The notes below the pieces were generated by a model that saw only the letters and a list, made by a program, of their open reading frames with translations, was not told the origin of the DNA and did not search any database. This document shows, piece after piece, positions 1 to 11,504 of a DNA stretch of 64,000 bases. Each line of letters starts with the position of its first letter. Within the stretch, counting starts at the first letter, position 1. The stretch covers positions 384,001-448,000 of the forward strand of contig CBDIIB010000004.1 of NCBI GenBank assembly GCA_965279525.1. The letters are read 5' to 3'. The position numbers were made by a program, and so were the translations under genes. The DNA is from Tagaea sp. (lineage in GTDB: Bacteria > Pseudomonadota > Alphaproteobacteria > CACIAM-22H2).

Positions 1-2
1 AC

Positions 3-635
3 GTGTTTCGCAGCCAGCTATTGAAGCCGCTCAGCCGCCATCTCGACGACGAACCCGGCCTGGCGCGCGTCACAAAAGCGGCCGATGCGGCACGCCGGCG
101 GGCCTATCGCGAAGTGCAGGCGATGCTCGAGACGCCGCGCCTGACCCATGCATTGCTCGATATCGAGGCGTGGTGGGAGCAGGGCAGCTGGGCGCCGGGC
201 ATGGGCGAATGGCGCGAAGCGCCGGTGCGGGAATTCGCGCGTGTCGTCCTGCGCAAACTCCACCGGAACGTCGCCAGGCTTGGCAAGAACGTGGCCGCGC
301 TTCCGGAGGCGGAACTCCACGAACTGCGCATCCGGTGCAAGAAGCTGCGTTATGCCGCCGAGTTTTTCCGGGGCGCTTTCCCGAGAAAGCCGGTGACGAC
401 CTATCTTGCGGCACTGGCGGACGTGCAGGAACATCTGGGGGCACTGAACGATGCCGTTGTGGCGAAGTCGCTGCTTGCCGAACTCGGCCGGGATTCCGGT
501 GGCCTGCCGCCGGAACTGCTTGCGCGCGCCGAGGGGATCGTGACCGGTTGGATCGCCGCCCGGGTGCGCATCGATCTCGAGCATCTTCCGAAGGTCTGGC
601 AGCGATTCGCCGAACAGCGCCCCTTCTGGAAGTAG
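3..635 (+). CDS. CHAD-domain protein (3' part; truncated by the window edge)
   Basis: LHELRIRCKKLRYAAEFF and VQEHLGALNDAVVA are typical CHAD motifs; ORF open from the window start. Confidence 0.8.
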   Translation: MFRSQLLKPLSRHLDDEPGLARVTKAADAARRRAYREVQAMLETPRLTHALLDIEAWWEQGSWAPGMGEWREAPVREFARVVLRKLHRNVARLGKNVAALPEAELHELRIRCKKLRYAAEFFRGAFPRKPVTTYLAALADVQEHLGALNDAVVAKSLLAELGRDSGGLPPELLARAEGIVTGWIAARVRIDLEHLPKVWQRFAEQRPFWK

Positions 636-743
636 CATCTCCGCCGTAACCTTTTGTATAATCGTGCGAATTATCCACTGCGAGGCTTCGCGCGCGGCCG
701 GCATGCTTTGCTATAATGGCCGCTTCGGCAGAGGAGTTTACCA

Positions 744-1073
744 ATGCGACTATTGGCAATGACGATCGCCGCGGCAGCCGTTTCGTTCGGCATCGGTCAT
801 TTCGCCCTTGCGCAGGGGGCCGATGCGACGGTCGTCCAGCGCGACATCGATTTCGAGCCGAAGGAAGTCCGCATCCGGGCCGGCGGCCAGGTTCTTTTCG
901 TCAACGAAGACCGGTTCGGTCACAACGTCTATTCGGAGACGGCCGGCGGGGAGTTCGACGTCGGCCGGCAGGGACCCAATACCCGTATCGGCGTGCCGTT
1001 CCGGCGCGCGGGGACGTTCGCGGTGATGTGCCGCATCCATCCCCGCATGGCCATGCAGGTCGTCGTCCAGTAA
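744..1073 (+). CDS. Periplasmic cupredoxin (plastocyanin/amicyanin-like blue copper protein)
   Basis: Signal peptide ending ALA-Q; [11 protein letters not shown]; type-1 Cu ligands GHNV and C-x-x-H-x-x-M (CRIHPRM); GAGGAG RBS upstream. Confidence 0.85.
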   Translation: MRLLAMTIAAAAVSFGIGHFALAQGADATVVQRDIDFEPKEVRIRAGGQVLFVNEDRFGHNVYSETAGGEFDVGRQGPNTRIGVPFRRAGTFAVMCRIHPRMAMQVVVQ

Positions 1074-1095
1074 TCCGGCTCCGGGAGCGCAACGC

Positions 1096-3369
1096 TTGTC
1101 GATCCGCGCCAAGCTAATCGCCGCCTTCCTGTTCGCGCTGCTTGCGGCCTCGACGCTCGGCTTCACGGCGTTCGTCGCGGCGCGCATGCTCGGCGCCCTG
1201 ACCGTGCAGATGTTCGACGGGCCGCTCCAGACTATCAATTTCGCTCGTCTGGCGCAGACCGATTTCGCCGTCATCGAACTCACCGACCGCGATGCCGGCG
1301 ACATGGATCGGCTCTACAAACTTGTCGACGACTTCCTGAAGGACCTCGATGTCGCGGCCGAGCGGGGCAACTCGGAGGATATCTCCGCCGTCGCCGCCGA
1401 CATCCGCTCCAACGTCGACAAGTGGCGCGCGTCGGCGGCACGGGCGCGGACGGGCGACGCGGAAGTCGCGCGGGAACGAACGGCCCTCGGGGCGCGCATC
1501 CGGCAGGATCTCGAAGTCCTGACGCAGATCGCAGCCGACAACGGTTTCGTGTTCCGCGAAGACGCCGGCGAAACGATCGAAGCGACGCGCAACATGATCG
1601 TGGTGGTCATCGTCCTTGCCGCGATCGTGCTGCTCGTGGTCGGCGTGCTGCTCGTGCGCAACATCGTGCTGCCGCTCGACAGCCTGAACCGCAAGATGCG
1701 CAAGATCGCGCGCGGCGATGCGGACGTCCACATACGCTACCTCGAGCGGCGCGACGAACTCGGCGACACCGCCCGCGCGATGGCGGTGTTCAAACAGGCC
1801 ATGGCCGACATCAAGGATGCGCGCGACCGCGCGGAACTCGCGACCAAGGCCAAGTCCGAATTCCTCGCAATGATGAGCCACGAGATCCGCACGCCGATGA
1901 ACGGCATCATCGGCATGTCGCGCCTGCTGCTTCAGTCCCAACTCGACGGCGAGCAGCGCGACAACGCGCGCATCGTTCTGGAAAGCGGCCAGTCGCTGCT
2001 GCAGATCCTCAACGACATCCTCGACTACTCCAAGCTCGAAGCCGGCAAGCTCGACGTCGAAAGCATCGATTTCGACGTACGCAACGCGATCGAGGATGCC
2101 GTGGCGCTGATGGCGTCGAAGGCCGGCGAAAAGGGTATCGGTCTCGTCGCCGAGATCGACGCGGCAGTGCCGACCTACCTGCGCGGCGACCCCGGCCGCC
2201 TGCGCCAGGTCCTGCTCAACCTGATCGGAAACTCGGTCAAGTTCACCGACAAGGGCGGCGTCACGGTAATCGTGCGCAGCCTTGCGTCCGCCGACGGCGT
2301 CGCCCGGGTGCGCGTGGGGATCCGCGATACGGGCATCGGCATCTCGAAGGAGGCGCAAGCCAAGCTCTTCGGCAGCTTCGTCCAGGCGGATTCCTCGATC
2401 TCGCGCCGGTTCGGCGGCACCGGGCTCGGCCTTGCGATCAGCCGGCGTCTCGTCAATGCGATGGGCGGGGAAATCGGCGTCGACAGCGAACCCGGCAAGG
2501 GTTCCGAGTTCCATTTCGAACTTTCGTTGCCCGTCGGTGTGGCGCCGCGCGGCGAGACCCAGACCGTGCTGGCGCAGGCGGCGCGTCCGCAACGCATCCT
2601 GCTTGTCGAAGACAATATCGTGAACCAGAAGGTCGCGACCGGCCTGCTCAAGGTCGCCGGCCATACGATCGAGATCGCGAACAACGGCCGCGAGGCGGTC
2701 GCGGCCGTCCAGGCGCACGACTACGACGTCGTGCTGATGGACATGCACATGCCGGAGATGGACGGGATCGAAGCGACGAAAGTGATCCGTGCCCTGCCGC
2801 CGCCGAAGGCGACAATCTGGATCATCGCGGCCACCGCTGGCGCCATGCAATCCGACATCGACCGATGCCTTGAGGCCGGCATGAACGACTACATCGCCAA
2901 GCCCATCGTGCCCGACGATCTTGCTCGGGCGCTCGCGCGTGTCGGCGGCGTGGCGCCGGACGAGATGGTGGGCGAAGCGCCGTCGATCCAGGACCGGCTT
3001 TCGGCGAGCGATGCGGTGATCGACGATGGTGTCCTTGGCGAGCTTGAAGATCAGATGGGACGGGAGATCGTCGCCTCGCTCGTCGGAGATTTTGCGGAGA
3101 ATGCGCAAAATTTGCTGGCGGAGATCGCTCGCGCACGGATCGCAGGCGATGGAATCGCATGGACGCGTGCGGCCCACAGTCTCAAGAGTTCCGCGGCGAA
3201 CATGGGGCTCGCCCGCACGTTCGAAGCGGCCCGCAAGATCGAGCATGCCGGCGAGACCGGGGATTTCGTGACCGCAGCACCTGTCTCCGATACCCTGCCG
3301 GGACTCGTCGAAGAGGCTGTCGCGGCACTCAAGACGCGCTACGCGGATATCGCCGCGCCGGCGGATTGA
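1096..3369 (+). CDS. Membrane-bound hybrid sensor histidine kinase (periplasmic sensor, HAMP, HisKA, HATPase, receiver, Hpt)
   Basis: Two TM helices; [17 protein letters not shown]-box; [27 protein letters not shown] boxes; receiver LLVEDN...LMDMHMP...K-P; Hpt AHSLKSS; TTG start. Confidence 0.93.
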   Translation: MSIRAKLIAAFLFALLAASTLGFTAFVAARMLGALTVQMFDGPLQTINFARLAQTDFAVIELTDRDAGDMDRLYKLVDDFLKDLDVAAERGNSEDISAVAADIRSNVDKWRASAARARTGDAEVARERTALGARIRQDLEVLTQIAADNGFVFREDAGETIEATRNMIVVVIVLAAIVLLVVGVLLVRNIVLPLDSLNRKMRKIARGDADVHIRYLERRDELGDTARAMAVFKQAMADIKDARDRAELATKAKSEFLAMMSHEIRTPMNGIIGMSRLLLQSQLDGEQRDNARIVLESGQSLLQILNDILDYSKLEAGKLDVESIDFDVRNAIEDAVALMASKAGEKGIGLVAEIDAAVPTYLRGDPGRLRQVLLNLIGNSVKFTDKGGVTVIVRSLASADGVARVRVGIRDTGIGISKEAQAKLFGSFVQADSSISRRFGGTGLGLAISRRLVNAMGGEIGVDSEPGKGSEFHFELSLPVGVAPRGETQTVLAQAARPQRILLVEDNIVNQKVATGLLKVAGHTIEIANNGREAVAAVQAHDYDVVLMDMHMPEMDGIEATKVIRALPPPKATIWIIAATAGAMQSDIDRCLEAGMNDYIAKPIVPDDLARALARVGGVAPDEMVGEAPSIQDRLSASDAVIDDGVLGELEDQMGREIVASLVGDFAENAQNLLAEIARARIAGDGIAWTRAAHSLKSSAANMGLARTFEAARKIEHAGETGDFVTAAPVSDTLPGLVEEAVAALKTRYADIAAPAD

Positions 3370-3391
3370 TCGAAGGGATCGGGGCACGACA

Positions 3392-3808
3392 ATGAACACT
3401 CCGCAGACGATGGAGCAGGCTTTCTCCAATCTGTCGGTCCTGCTCGTGGAGGACGACGCGTTCGCGATCAAGATCGCGCAGACGGTCCTCAAGCAGCTGA
3501 AAATTCCCTACGTGGCCCTCGCCAAGGATGGCGCCGAAGGGCTCGATATCCTGAATGCCGGGATGCAGAAGTACGACTTGATCATTTCCGACTGGAACAT
3601 GCCGGAGATGACCGGGCTGCAGCTGTTGAAGGCCGTGCGTCAGAAATGGCCGACGATGCCCTTCATCATGCTGACGGGCCGCGCCAGCCCCGAGTTCGTC
3701 GTGCAGGCCCGCGACAACGGCGTGGATGCCTATGTCGTGAAGCCGTTCTCGCCGTCGCAGCTTGCCCAGAAGATCCATGCGGTCCTGACGTCCAAGGCGC
3801 AGAAATGA
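3392..3808 (+). CDS. Single-domain response regulator (CheY-like)
   Basis: LLVEDD, IISDWNMP, MLTG, KPF motifs. Confidence 0.92.
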   Translation: MNTPQTMEQAFSNLSVLLVEDDAFAIKIAQTVLKQLKIPYVALAKDGAEGLDILNAGMQKYDLIISDWNMPEMTGLQLLKAVRQKWPTMPFIMLTGRASPEFVVQARDNGVDAYVVKPFSPSQLAQKIHAVLTSKAQK

Positions 3809-4275
3809 ACGAAACGGATTTCATGCGCCGGGCCATAGCGCTGGCCGATGAGCGGATGCGCGCGGGCGAGGGCGGGCCGTTCGGCGCCGTGATCGCCAAG
3901 GACGGACGCATCGTCGGCGAAGGCTGGAACCGCGTGATCGGCACGTCGGACCCGACTGCGCACGCCGAGATCGTCGCTATCCGGGACGCCTGCGCGCGGC
4001 TCGGCACGTTCGACCTTTCGGGTGCCACGATCTATACGAGCTGCGAGCCATGCCCGATGTGCCTGGGCGGCATCCTTTGGGCGCGACTGGACCGGATGTG
4101 CTACGCGGCCAACCGCGAAGACGCCGCCAAGATCGGCTTCGACGACGACGCATTCTATGTCGAGGTCGCCAAGCCGATCGATGCCCGGGCGCTTCCGGCC
4201 ACCCGCATGTTGGCCGACGAGGCGCGCGCCGTGTTCGCGGCATGGTTCGCCAAGCCCGACCGCGTCGAGTATTAG
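3805..4275 (+). CDS. Nucleoside/guanine deaminase (CDA/tadA superfamily, GuaD-like)
   Basis: GGPFGA, HAE and CEPCPMC zinc motifs; IGFDD; ATG overlaps the upstream TGA (ATGA). Confidence 0.85.
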   Translation: MNETDFMRRAIALADERMRAGEGGPFGAVIAKDGRIVGEGWNRVIGTSDPTAHAEIVAIRDACARLGTFDLSGATIYTSCEPCPMCLGGILWARLDRMCYAANREDAAKIGFDDDAFYVEVAKPIDARALPATRMLADEARAVFAAWFAKPDRVEY

Positions 4276-4293
4276 GCGGCCACGGACAGGGCG

Positions 4294-5517
4294 ATGACAT
4301 CTTTTCGCGCCTATGCGGCGTTCGGACTTGCCGCGGCCTATTTCGGCCACGAATTCATCCAGCGGGTCTCGACATCGGTCATCGTCGGCGAGCTGATGGC
4401 CGAGTTCGCGGTCGGTGGCGCCGTGCTCGGAAGCCTTTCGGCTTTCTACTTCTACGCCTATGCCGGCATGCAGATTCCGGTGGGCGTGCTGATCGACCGG
4501 TTCGGCCCGCGCCGGCTGATGAGTTTCGCGGCAGGGATTTCGGCCGTGGGCGCGCTGCTGTTCGCGACCGCGCCGGCGATCGAATTCGCCTATGCCGGAC
4601 GCCTGCTGATCGGGCTTGGCGCATCGTTCTCGTGGATCGGCCTGCTGACGGTCGCGACCTTGTGGCTTCCGCCAGCCAGGTTCTCCGGCCTTGCCGGGCT
4701 CGGCCAGGCGGTCGGCATGCTGGGTGCCGTATTCGGACAAGCGCCGCTCGCCCTGCTTGTCGAGGGGTTCGGCTGGCGTAGTGCGGTCGGTGTGCTCGCG
4801 GCATTCGGCGCGGCGATCTCGCTGTCGCTTTTCCTGACTGTCCCGGAGGTGCCGGCAAAGGCAACGCAGAGCAAAGGCCGTCTGACCCAGGGCCTGCGCA
4901 TCGCGGCGCGCAACAGCCAGACCTGGCTCAATGCCGTCTACGGGCTTTCGATGACCGGCACGATGCTGGCCTTCGCCGGACTCTGGGCGGTGCCGTGGCT
5001 CGTTTCGGTCTACGGTTTCGAGCGGGCCGGGGCGGCGGCGCTATCGTCGGTCATGTTCGTCGGCTGGGCCGTCGGTTCGCCGCTGATCGGCTGGCTGTCC
5101 GATCGTGCCGCACGGCGCAGGATCTTCCAGATCGGGAACGGCTGCGCAATGACCGTCTCCTTGATCGCGATCCTCTATATCCCCGGATTGCCGACGCCGG
5201 TCCTGGCGGCACTGATGTTCTTCAACGGCATCTTCGCGTCGGGCATGGTTCTCGCCTACGGAGCCGCCCGCGCGCACAATCCGCCGGATGCGAGCGGAGC
5301 GACCTACGGGCTCGTCAATACAGGCGTCGTCGGCTCCGGCGCCATCTTCCAGCCCCTGATCGGCCTGCTGCTCGACCTCAACTGGGACGGTGCCATGCGC
5401 GCCGGGGCCCGGATCTATTCGTCTGACGCCTACGATGCGGCATTCGCGGTGCTGCCATGCGTGGCGGCCATCGGGACGCTGGCGGCGGCTCTGACACGCG
5501 AAAAGCCGCCGGCCTGA
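4294..5517 (+). CDS. MFS transporter
   Basis: About 12 hydrophobic helices; [11 protein letters not shown] and [14 protein letters not shown] motifs. Confidence 0.9.
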   Translation: MTSFRAYAAFGLAAAYFGHEFIQRVSTSVIVGELMAEFAVGGAVLGSLSAFYFYAYAGMQIPVGVLIDRFGPRRLMSFAAGISAVGALLFATAPAIEFAYAGRLLIGLGASFSWIGLLTVATLWLPPARFSGLAGLGQAVGMLGAVFGQAPLALLVEGFGWRSAVGVLAAFGAAISLSLFLTVPEVPAKATQSKGRLTQGLRIAARNSQTWLNAVYGLSMTGTMLAFAGLWAVPWLVSVYGFERAGAAALSSVMFVGWAVGSPLIGWLSDRAARRRIFQIGNGCAMTVSLIAILYIPGLPTPVLAALMFFNGIFASGMVLAYGAARAHNPPDASGATYGLVNTGVVGSGAIFQPLIGLLLDLNWDGAMRAGARIYSSDAYDAAFAVLPCVAAIGTLAAALTREKPPA

Positions 5518-5603
5518 CCGCCGCTGGCGGATCAAGACGCTACACAAAACCGGCTCGCACGGGCTATTTTGCCTCGCAGAAGTCGTCAACGAGGAAACCC
5601 TTC

Positions 5604-7328
5604 ATGTCCGACCAGCCCATCGACAAATCCAGACTGCCCAGCCGCCACACCACGGTCGGGCCGACGAGTGCGGCACATCGCTCGATGCTCTACGCGATGG
5701 GACTGTCGAAGGAGCAGATCGCCCAGCCGCTCGTCGGCGTCGTGACGACATGGAACGAGGCGGCCCCCTGCAACATCACGCTGTCGCGCCAGGCACAGGC
5801 CGCCAAGAAGGGCGTCGCCGCCGCCGGCGGGACGCCGCGCGAGTTCACGACCATCACGGTCACCGACGGCATCGCGATGGGCCATGCCGGCATGCACAGC
5901 TCGCTCGTCAGCCGCGAAGTGATCGCGGACTCGGTCGAGCTTACGGTGCGCGGCCACTGCTACGATGCGCTGATCGGCATCGCGGGCTGCGACAAGTCGC
6001 TGCCGGGCCTGATGATGTCGATGCTGCGTCTGAACGTGCCCTCCATCTTCATCTATGGCGGCACGATCCTGCCGGGCAAGTTCAAGGGCCGTGACGTGAC
6101 CATCGTCGACGTGTTCGAGGGCGTCGGTGCGAACGCCGCCGGCAAGATGTCGAATGCCGATCTCGAACTTCTCGAGCAGACGGCGCTGCCGACCGGCGGA
6201 TCGTGCGGCGGCCAGTTCACCGCCAACACCATGGCATGCGTTTCCGAAGCGATCGGGCTTGCGTTGCCCGGCTCGGCCGGCACGCCGGCGCCCTACGAAA
6301 GCCGCGACCGCTGGTGCGTGGCGTCCGGCGAGCAGATCATGGATCTCATCCGGCGCAATATCCGTCCGCGCGACATCGTCACGCTGAAATCGCTGGAAAA
6401 CGCGGCGCGCGTCGTCGCGGCGACCGGCGGCTCCACGAACGCAGGCCTTCACCTGCCCGCGATGGCGCACGAGGCCGGAATCAAGTTCGATCTTTCGGAC
6501 GTTGCCGAGATCATGCGGTCGACTCCCTACATCGCCGATCTGATGCCGGGCGGGAAATACACGGCGGTCGACCTCTACACGGTCGGCGGCGTGCCGGTCG
6601 TCATGAAGGAAATGCTCGATGCCGGCATCCTGCATGGCGACTGCATTACCGTCACGGGCAAGACGATCGCCGAGAACCTCAAGGACGTGAAGTTCCCGGA
6701 GAACCAGAAGGTCGTCTACCGGGTCGCCAGTCCGATCACCAAGACCGGCGGCGTGGTCGGCCTCAAGGGCAATCTGGCGCCCGAGGGCGCCATCGTGAAG
6801 GTTGCCGGCATGAAGAAGCAGACCTTCCGCGGGCCTGCGCGCGTGTTCGAACGCGAAGACGAGGCGCTCGCCGCCGTCCTCAAGCGCGAGATCAAGGACG
6901 GCGACGTCATGGTCATCCGCAACGAGGGGCCGAAGGGCGGGCCCGGCATGCGCGAGATGCTGTCGACCACCGCGGCTCTCTATGGCTGGGGCAAGGGCGA
7001 CGAGATCGCACTGATCACAGACGGCCGTTTCTCGGGCGGCACGCGCGGTTTCTGCGTGGGCCACGTCAGCCCCGAGGCTGCGCTCGGCGGGCCCATCGGC
7101 CTCGTCAAGGACGGCGACATCATCGCGATCGACGCCATCAAGGGCACGCTCTCGCTCGAGGTCGCCGATGCCGAGCTTGCCGCGCGCAAGGCCGCGTGGA
7201 AGCCGCGTGCCCATAACTTCCAGTCGGGCACGCTATGGAAGTATTCGCAGACCGTCGGAACGGCCGCCAACGGTGCGGTCACGCATCCGGGCGGCGCCAA
7301 CGAAACCCAGATGTACGCGGACAGCTGA
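5604..7328 (+). CDS. ilvD: Dihydroxy-acid dehydratase
   Basis: [50 protein letters not shown]; start after GAGG RBS. Confidence 0.95.
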   Translation: MSDQPIDKSRLPSRHTTVGPTSAAHRSMLYAMGLSKEQIAQPLVGVVTTWNEAAPCNITLSRQAQAAKKGVAAAGGTPREFTTITVTDGIAMGHAGMHSSLVSREVIADSVELTVRGHCYDALIGIAGCDKSLPGLMMSMLRLNVPSIFIYGGTILPGKFKGRDVTIVDVFEGVGANAAGKMSNADLELLEQTALPTGGSCGGQFTANTMACVSEAIGLALPGSAGTPAPYESRDRWCVASGEQIMDLIRRNIRPRDIVTLKSLENAARVVAATGGSTNAGLHLPAMAHEAGIKFDLSDVAEIMRSTPYIADLMPGGKYTAVDLYTVGGVPVVMKEMLDAGILHGDCITVTGKTIAENLKDVKFPENQKVVYRVASPITKTGGVVGLKGNLAPEGAIVKVAGMKKQTFRGPARVFEREDEALAAVLKREIKDGDVMVIRNEGPKGGPGMREMLSTTAALYGWGKGDEIALITDGRFSGGTRGFCVGHVSPEAALGGPIGLVKDGDIIAIDAIKGTLSLEVADAELAARKAAWKPRAHNFQSGTLWKYSQTVGTAANGAVTHPGGANETQMYADS

Positions 7329-8836
7329 TGGCACGCATTGCGGTCGGAACCTTCCAGCACGAAACCAATACCTTTGCCCCGTCGAAGGCCGACCGGGCCG
7401 CGTTCGAACGCGGTGGCGGCTGGCCATCGATGGTGCGCGGGGCGGCGATCCCGGCGGCGTTCGTCGGAATGAACGTGCCGATCGCCGGATTCATCGCGGC
7501 GGCCGGTGCGGCCGGACATTCGCTCGTCCCGCTGATCTGCGCGAACGCCACGCCGTCGGCAGAGGTGTCGGACGAGATTTTCGGGATCGTCATGGACGCG
7601 ATGTGCGCGGATCTCGCCAAGGCGCTTCCCGTGGACGCGGTCTATCTCGACCTGCACGGCGCAATGGTCACCGACAGTCTCGAGGACGGCGAGGGCGAGA
7701 TCGTGGCACGGGTGCGCAAGGTCGTGGGATCGCGCGTGCCGATCGTGGTGTCGCTGGACCTGCATGCGAACGTCACGCGCGCGATGATCGAACTTGTCGA
7801 TGCCTGCGTCGCGTATCGCACCTATCCGCATGTCGACATGGCGGAGACCGGCGGACGCGCCTTCGGCCTTCTTGACGGCCTGCTCAAGAGCGGCAGCCGG
7901 CTTGCCGGCGCATTCCGCCAGATGCCCTACATCATCCCGATCACCGCGCAATGCACGCTGATCGAGCCGGGTGTCGGGCTCTACCGCCGGCTTGGCGAGA
8001 TCGAGACGCGCACGGGCGTCGTCTTGTCCTATTGCACGGGCTTTCCGGCCGCCGACATCCGCGACTGCGCGCCGTCGGTTTTTGGCTACGGGCCTGACAA
8101 GGGCACCGTCGAATCCGCCGTCGGCGAGCTCGCGCGCGCAGTCGAGGATGCGGAACGCGACTATGTCGCCGAACTCTACACGCCGGATGAAGCGATCAAG
8201 CGCGCGGTGGCGCGCGGTGGGCGGCATGGCAAGCCTGTCGTGCTCGCGGATACGCAAGACAATCCCGGTGCCGGCGGGAATGGCGACACCACCGGTCTGC
8301 TTGCCGCCATGTTGCGTCTGCGCCCTGAAGGCGCCGTGCTCGGCATGCTCATCGATCCGGTATCGGCGAAATTCGCGCATGAAGTCGGCGTGGGCAACAC
8401 GGCGGAGTTCCGCATTGGTGCCATTTCGGGTTGGCCCGGCGTCGAGCCGGTTGTCGGTCCGTTCAAGGTCCTGCGCACCGGCAACGGCGAGTTCCTGTGC
8501 ACTGGGCCATTTTACGGTGGCAGCCGGATGAAGCTGGGGCCGATGGCGCTGCTGGAAGCAAACGGCGTGCGCCTGGTGCTTTCGTCGCACAAGGTCCAGA
8601 CGGCCGATCAGGAAATGTTCCGGCATCTTGGCGTCGAACCCATCCGCGAACGGATCGTCGCGGTAAAAAGTTCAGTCCATTTCCGTGCCGATTTCCAGCC
8701 CATCGCCGAGGAAGTGCTCGTCGTCGCCACGCCGGGCCCCAACCCGGCCGATCCGGCAGCACTGACATGGAAGCGTCTGCGCCCGGGCATCCGCCTTCGT
8801 CCGCACGGCCCAGTTTTCAAGGGGGCTGCGGCGTGA
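7328..8836 (+). CDS. M81 family metallopeptidase (MlrC-like)
   Basis: HETNTF, LDLHGAM, SLDLHAN, YRTYPHVD, DNPGAGG, VKSSVHFRADF; start overlaps ilvD stop. Confidence 0.9.
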   Translation: MARIAVGTFQHETNTFAPSKADRAAFERGGGWPSMVRGAAIPAAFVGMNVPIAGFIAAAGAAGHSLVPLICANATPSAEVSDEIFGIVMDAMCADLAKALPVDAVYLDLHGAMVTDSLEDGEGEIVARVRKVVGSRVPIVVSLDLHANVTRAMIELVDACVAYRTYPHVDMAETGGRAFGLLDGLLKSGSRLAGAFRQMPYIIPITAQCTLIEPGVGLYRRLGEIETRTGVVLSYCTGFPAADIRDCAPSVFGYGPDKGTVESAVGELARAVEDAERDYVAELYTPDEAIKRAVARGGRHGKPVVLADTQDNPGAGGNGDTTGLLAAMLRLRPEGAVLGMLIDPVSAKFAHEVGVGNTAEFRIGAISGWPGVEPVVGPFKVLRTGNGEFLCTGPFYGGSRMKLGPMALLEANGVRLVLSSHKVQTADQEMFRHLGVEPIRERIVAVKSSVHFRADFQPIAEEVLVVATPGPNPADPAALTWKRLRPGIRLRPHGPVFKGAAA

Positions 8837-9303
8837 TCCGCGCTGGCATCCTGGGTCTGCTCCTGCTGGCGACGTCGGTTCAGGCACAGCCTGTCGATCG
8901 CCACGAGGGATATTATTATCCACAGGCGTCGAGCCAGGAGATCTACGTCGCGCGCGCGAAGGTCCTGATCGACGCAACGCGCGACAAACGGCTCGATTTC
9001 GTGAACGGACTGACCGCTTCGCAGCTCGCCGGAAGCTACGCACCCGCCTACGTGGTGTTCGCCAAGGGCGATCGCGCCGACCGTCTGATCGTCGTTTCGC
9101 TGGTGTCGGGCCAGCTTGACACCGTCTTCCGCGCTCGCGCCCTGCTGGCACAGCTTACTGCTGTGGCCCGCGGCTCGTCCTTTTTGCAAGATTACGGGGT
9201 CGACAATTTATTTACCTTTCTGGATGTATTGAAGCTTATGGGCTTCACGCGCGTCACGCTCAGCGACGGCGACCGGTTCGCCCACCAGATTACGATCCGC
9301 TAG
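8833..9303 (+). CDS. Exported hypothetical protein
   Basis: GTG start overlapping the upstream stop; signal peptide ending VQA-Q; DRHEGYYYP and SDGDRFAHQ segments. Confidence 0.7.
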   Translation: MIRAGILGLLLLATSVQAQPVDRHEGYYYPQASSQEIYVARAKVLIDATRDKRLDFVNGLTASQLAGSYAPAYVVFAKGDRADRLIVVSLVSGQLDTVFRARALLAQLTAVARGSSFLQDYGVDNLFTFLDVLKLMGFTRVTLSDGDRFAHQITIR

Positions 9304-9326
9304 CGGATCTGCCGGAGGACGGGGTT

Positions 9327-10724
9327 ATGGAAGGCAAGGACGCACCGCTGTCGCAGTCGCGCATGCTCGCGAACGTTGCGACAGAAGCGGGTTCGCTCGG
9401 AATCGAGATCGCGGACGTCGCGGGATACATCGACGAACTGACTGGCAACCTCAAGGGACAGGTCGCGCATTTCGGTACGGTTCGCGGCGCCACCGAGGAG
9501 CTGACGAAAGCCAACGGTGCCGTTGCCGCAGCTGCCGAAGAAGTAGGGCAGAATTCGGCACGGGTTCTCCAGGACATGGACGGTTCGCGCAGGCAGGTCG
9601 ACGGCGCCATCGCCGACATCGCGGCACTCGTCCAGACCACGCGGACGTTCGCCACGGAACTCTCGGGGCTTCGCGCAGCACTCGACCAGATCGGCAAGGT
9701 CGCCAAGGGCATCGACGCGATCGCGCGGCAGACGAACCTTCTGGCACTCAATGCGACGATCGAGGCGGCGCGTGCCGGTGAAGCCGGCAGGGGATTTTCC
9801 GTGGTCGCAAGCGAGGTTAAGGCGCTCGCGCGCCAGACCGCGGAAGCGACGTCCGAGATCGACACGACGCTCAAGGCGCTGACCGACAAGGCGGGCCGCC
9901 TGATCGGACAGTCGGAAGCATCGATCCAGCGTGCGCAGTCGGCAGAGCAGGGGGCTGCGTCGATCGGTCAGGTCATGGCCTCGATCGGCACGCACATCTC
10001 TGGCGTCTCTTCGCAGATCGGCCAGATCAGTACGGCTGTCGGCGAGATCGACCAGCGTTCGACCCGCGTCACCGATTCGATCGAAGCGATGACGACGGGC
10101 GTCGAGGCGTCGACCAAGGCGCTCGACAGCACGCGCGAGCGGGTCGACCGGCTTGTCGCGATGGGCGAACGGCTGATCGCCGTGACGGCCGCTTCGGGCC
10201 TCGAGACCGTCGACACGCCGTTCATCAAGGCGGCGCAGGAGACGGCCGCGAAGCTGAGTGCCGCCCTCGAAGCGGCGATATCGGCAGGCGAAGTGACACT
10301 GGCGGACCTGTTCGACGAGACCTATGCGCCGATTGCCGGTACCAGTCCCCAGCAGATGCGTACGCGTTTTCTCGACGTCACGGACCGCCATTTCCCCGGC
10401 ATCCAGGAACCGATGTTGAGTATCGATCCGCGCGTCGTGTTCTGCGCCGCGGTCGATCGCAACGGGTATCTGCCGACGCACAACGCGAAATTCTCCAAGC
10501 CCCAGGGCAAGGACGTCGCGTGGAACACCGCCAACTGCCGCAACCGGCGCATTTTTGCCGACCGCGTCGGACTAGCCGCAGGACGCAACGAGCAGGCGTT
10601 CCTCGTGCAGACCTACCGGCGCGACATGGGCGGCGGGCAATATGCGCTGATGAAGGACGTGTCCGCGCCGATCTCGGTCGGCGGGCGGCACTGGGGCGGG
10701 TTGCGGCTCGCCTACAAGATCTAG
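9327..10724 (+). CDS. Cytoplasmic methyl-accepting chemotaxis protein with C-terminal extra domain
   Basis: [37 protein letters not shown] signature; no TM helix; C-terminal [10 protein letters not shown]...RNRRIF...GRHWGG domain. Confidence 0.9.
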   Translation: MEGKDAPLSQSRMLANVATEAGSLGIEIADVAGYIDELTGNLKGQVAHFGTVRGATEELTKANGAVAAAAEEVGQNSARVLQDMDGSRRQVDGAIADIAALVQTTRTFATELSGLRAALDQIGKVAKGIDAIARQTNLLALNATIEAARAGEAGRGFSVVASEVKALARQTAEATSEIDTTLKALTDKAGRLIGQSEASIQRAQSAEQGAASIGQVMASIGTHISGVSSQIGQISTAVGEIDQRSTRVTDSIEAMTTGVEASTKALDSTRERVDRLVAMGERLIAVTAASGLETVDTPFIKAAQETAAKLSAALEAAISAGEVTLADLFDETYAPIAGTSPQQMRTRFLDVTDRHFPGIQEPMLSIDPRVVFCAAVDRNGYLPTHNAKFSKPQGKDVAWNTANCRNRRIFADRVGLAAGRNEQAFLVQTYRRDMGGGQYALMKDVSAPISVGGRHWGGLRLAYKI

Positions 10725-11494
10725 GCTGCGCGGATTTCCACGAAAGCGGGCGTGTGGTCCGACGGCTTTTCCCAGCCGCGCGGGCTGCGGTCGACGCCGG
10801 CATCGTCGAGCCGGTCCGCCGCCTGCGGCGAAAGCAGCAGGTGGTCGATGCGCAGCCCATGGTCGTGCGTGAAGCGGTCGCGGAAATAGTCCCAGTAGGT
10901 GAAGAAGCGGGCCGTGGGCTGGCGGTGGCGCAGCGCATCGGTCCAGCCCTGATGGACAAGCGTGCGCCAGGCCGCGCGCGATTGCGGCTGGACGAGCGCA
11001 TCGCCCGCCATCGCCTTTTCGTCCCACACGTCGGCACCTGTCGGGCAGACGTTGTAGTCGCCGCCGAGCACGATGGGCATCTCGAGGGCGAGCAGGCCGC
11101 GCGCGTGCGCGACTAGCCGCGCCATCCAGGCCAGCTTGTAGTCGAACTTGGGGCCGGGCTGCGGGTTGCCGTTGGGAAGGTAGATCGACGCGACACGCAC
11201 GCCATCGACCGTCGCCTCGATGTAGCGGGACTGTTCGTCGGCTGGATCACCGGGCAGGCCGCGCACCACGTCCTCGATCGGCCGTTTGGCGAGTATCGCG
11301 ACACCGTTGTAGGTTTTCTGGCCGTGCGTCGCGATGTTGTAGCCGAGCGTCTCGACTTCCATCGCCGGGAACTCGGGGTCCTGGCACTTCAGTTCCTGGA
11401 GGAGGGCGACGTCAGGCGAAGCCTGCTTCAGCCATGCGACCAGATGCGGTGCGCGCGCGCGCACGGAATTGACGTTCCAGGTCGCGATCTTCAA
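10721..11494 (-). CDS. xth: Exodeoxyribonuclease III
   Basis: WNVNS, LQELK, YNGVAI, YLPNG, GDYN, RIDH, SDH motifs. Confidence 0.95.
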   Translation of the reverse strand: MKIATWNVNSVRARAPHLVAWLKQASPDVALLQELKCQDPEFPAMEVETLGYNIATHGQKTYNGVAILAKRPIEDVVRGLPGDPADEQSRYIEATVDGVRVASIYLPNGNPQPGPKFDYKLAWMARLVAHARGLLALEMPIVLGGDYNVCPTGADVWDEKAMAGDALVQPQSRAAWRTLVHQGWTDALRHRQPTARFFTYWDYFRDRFTHDHGLRIDHLLLSPQAADRLDDAGVDRSPRGWEKPSDHTPAFVEIRAA

Positions 11495-11504
11495 CGGAAG
11501 TTCT

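Noticed and set aside
645-662. CtrA-like site upstream of the cupredoxin
   Set aside because: Too many mismatches to TTAA-N7-TTAA
7328-8836. Microcystin degradation pathway
   Set aside because: MlrC-family peptidases are widespread, and mlrA/B/D are absent here
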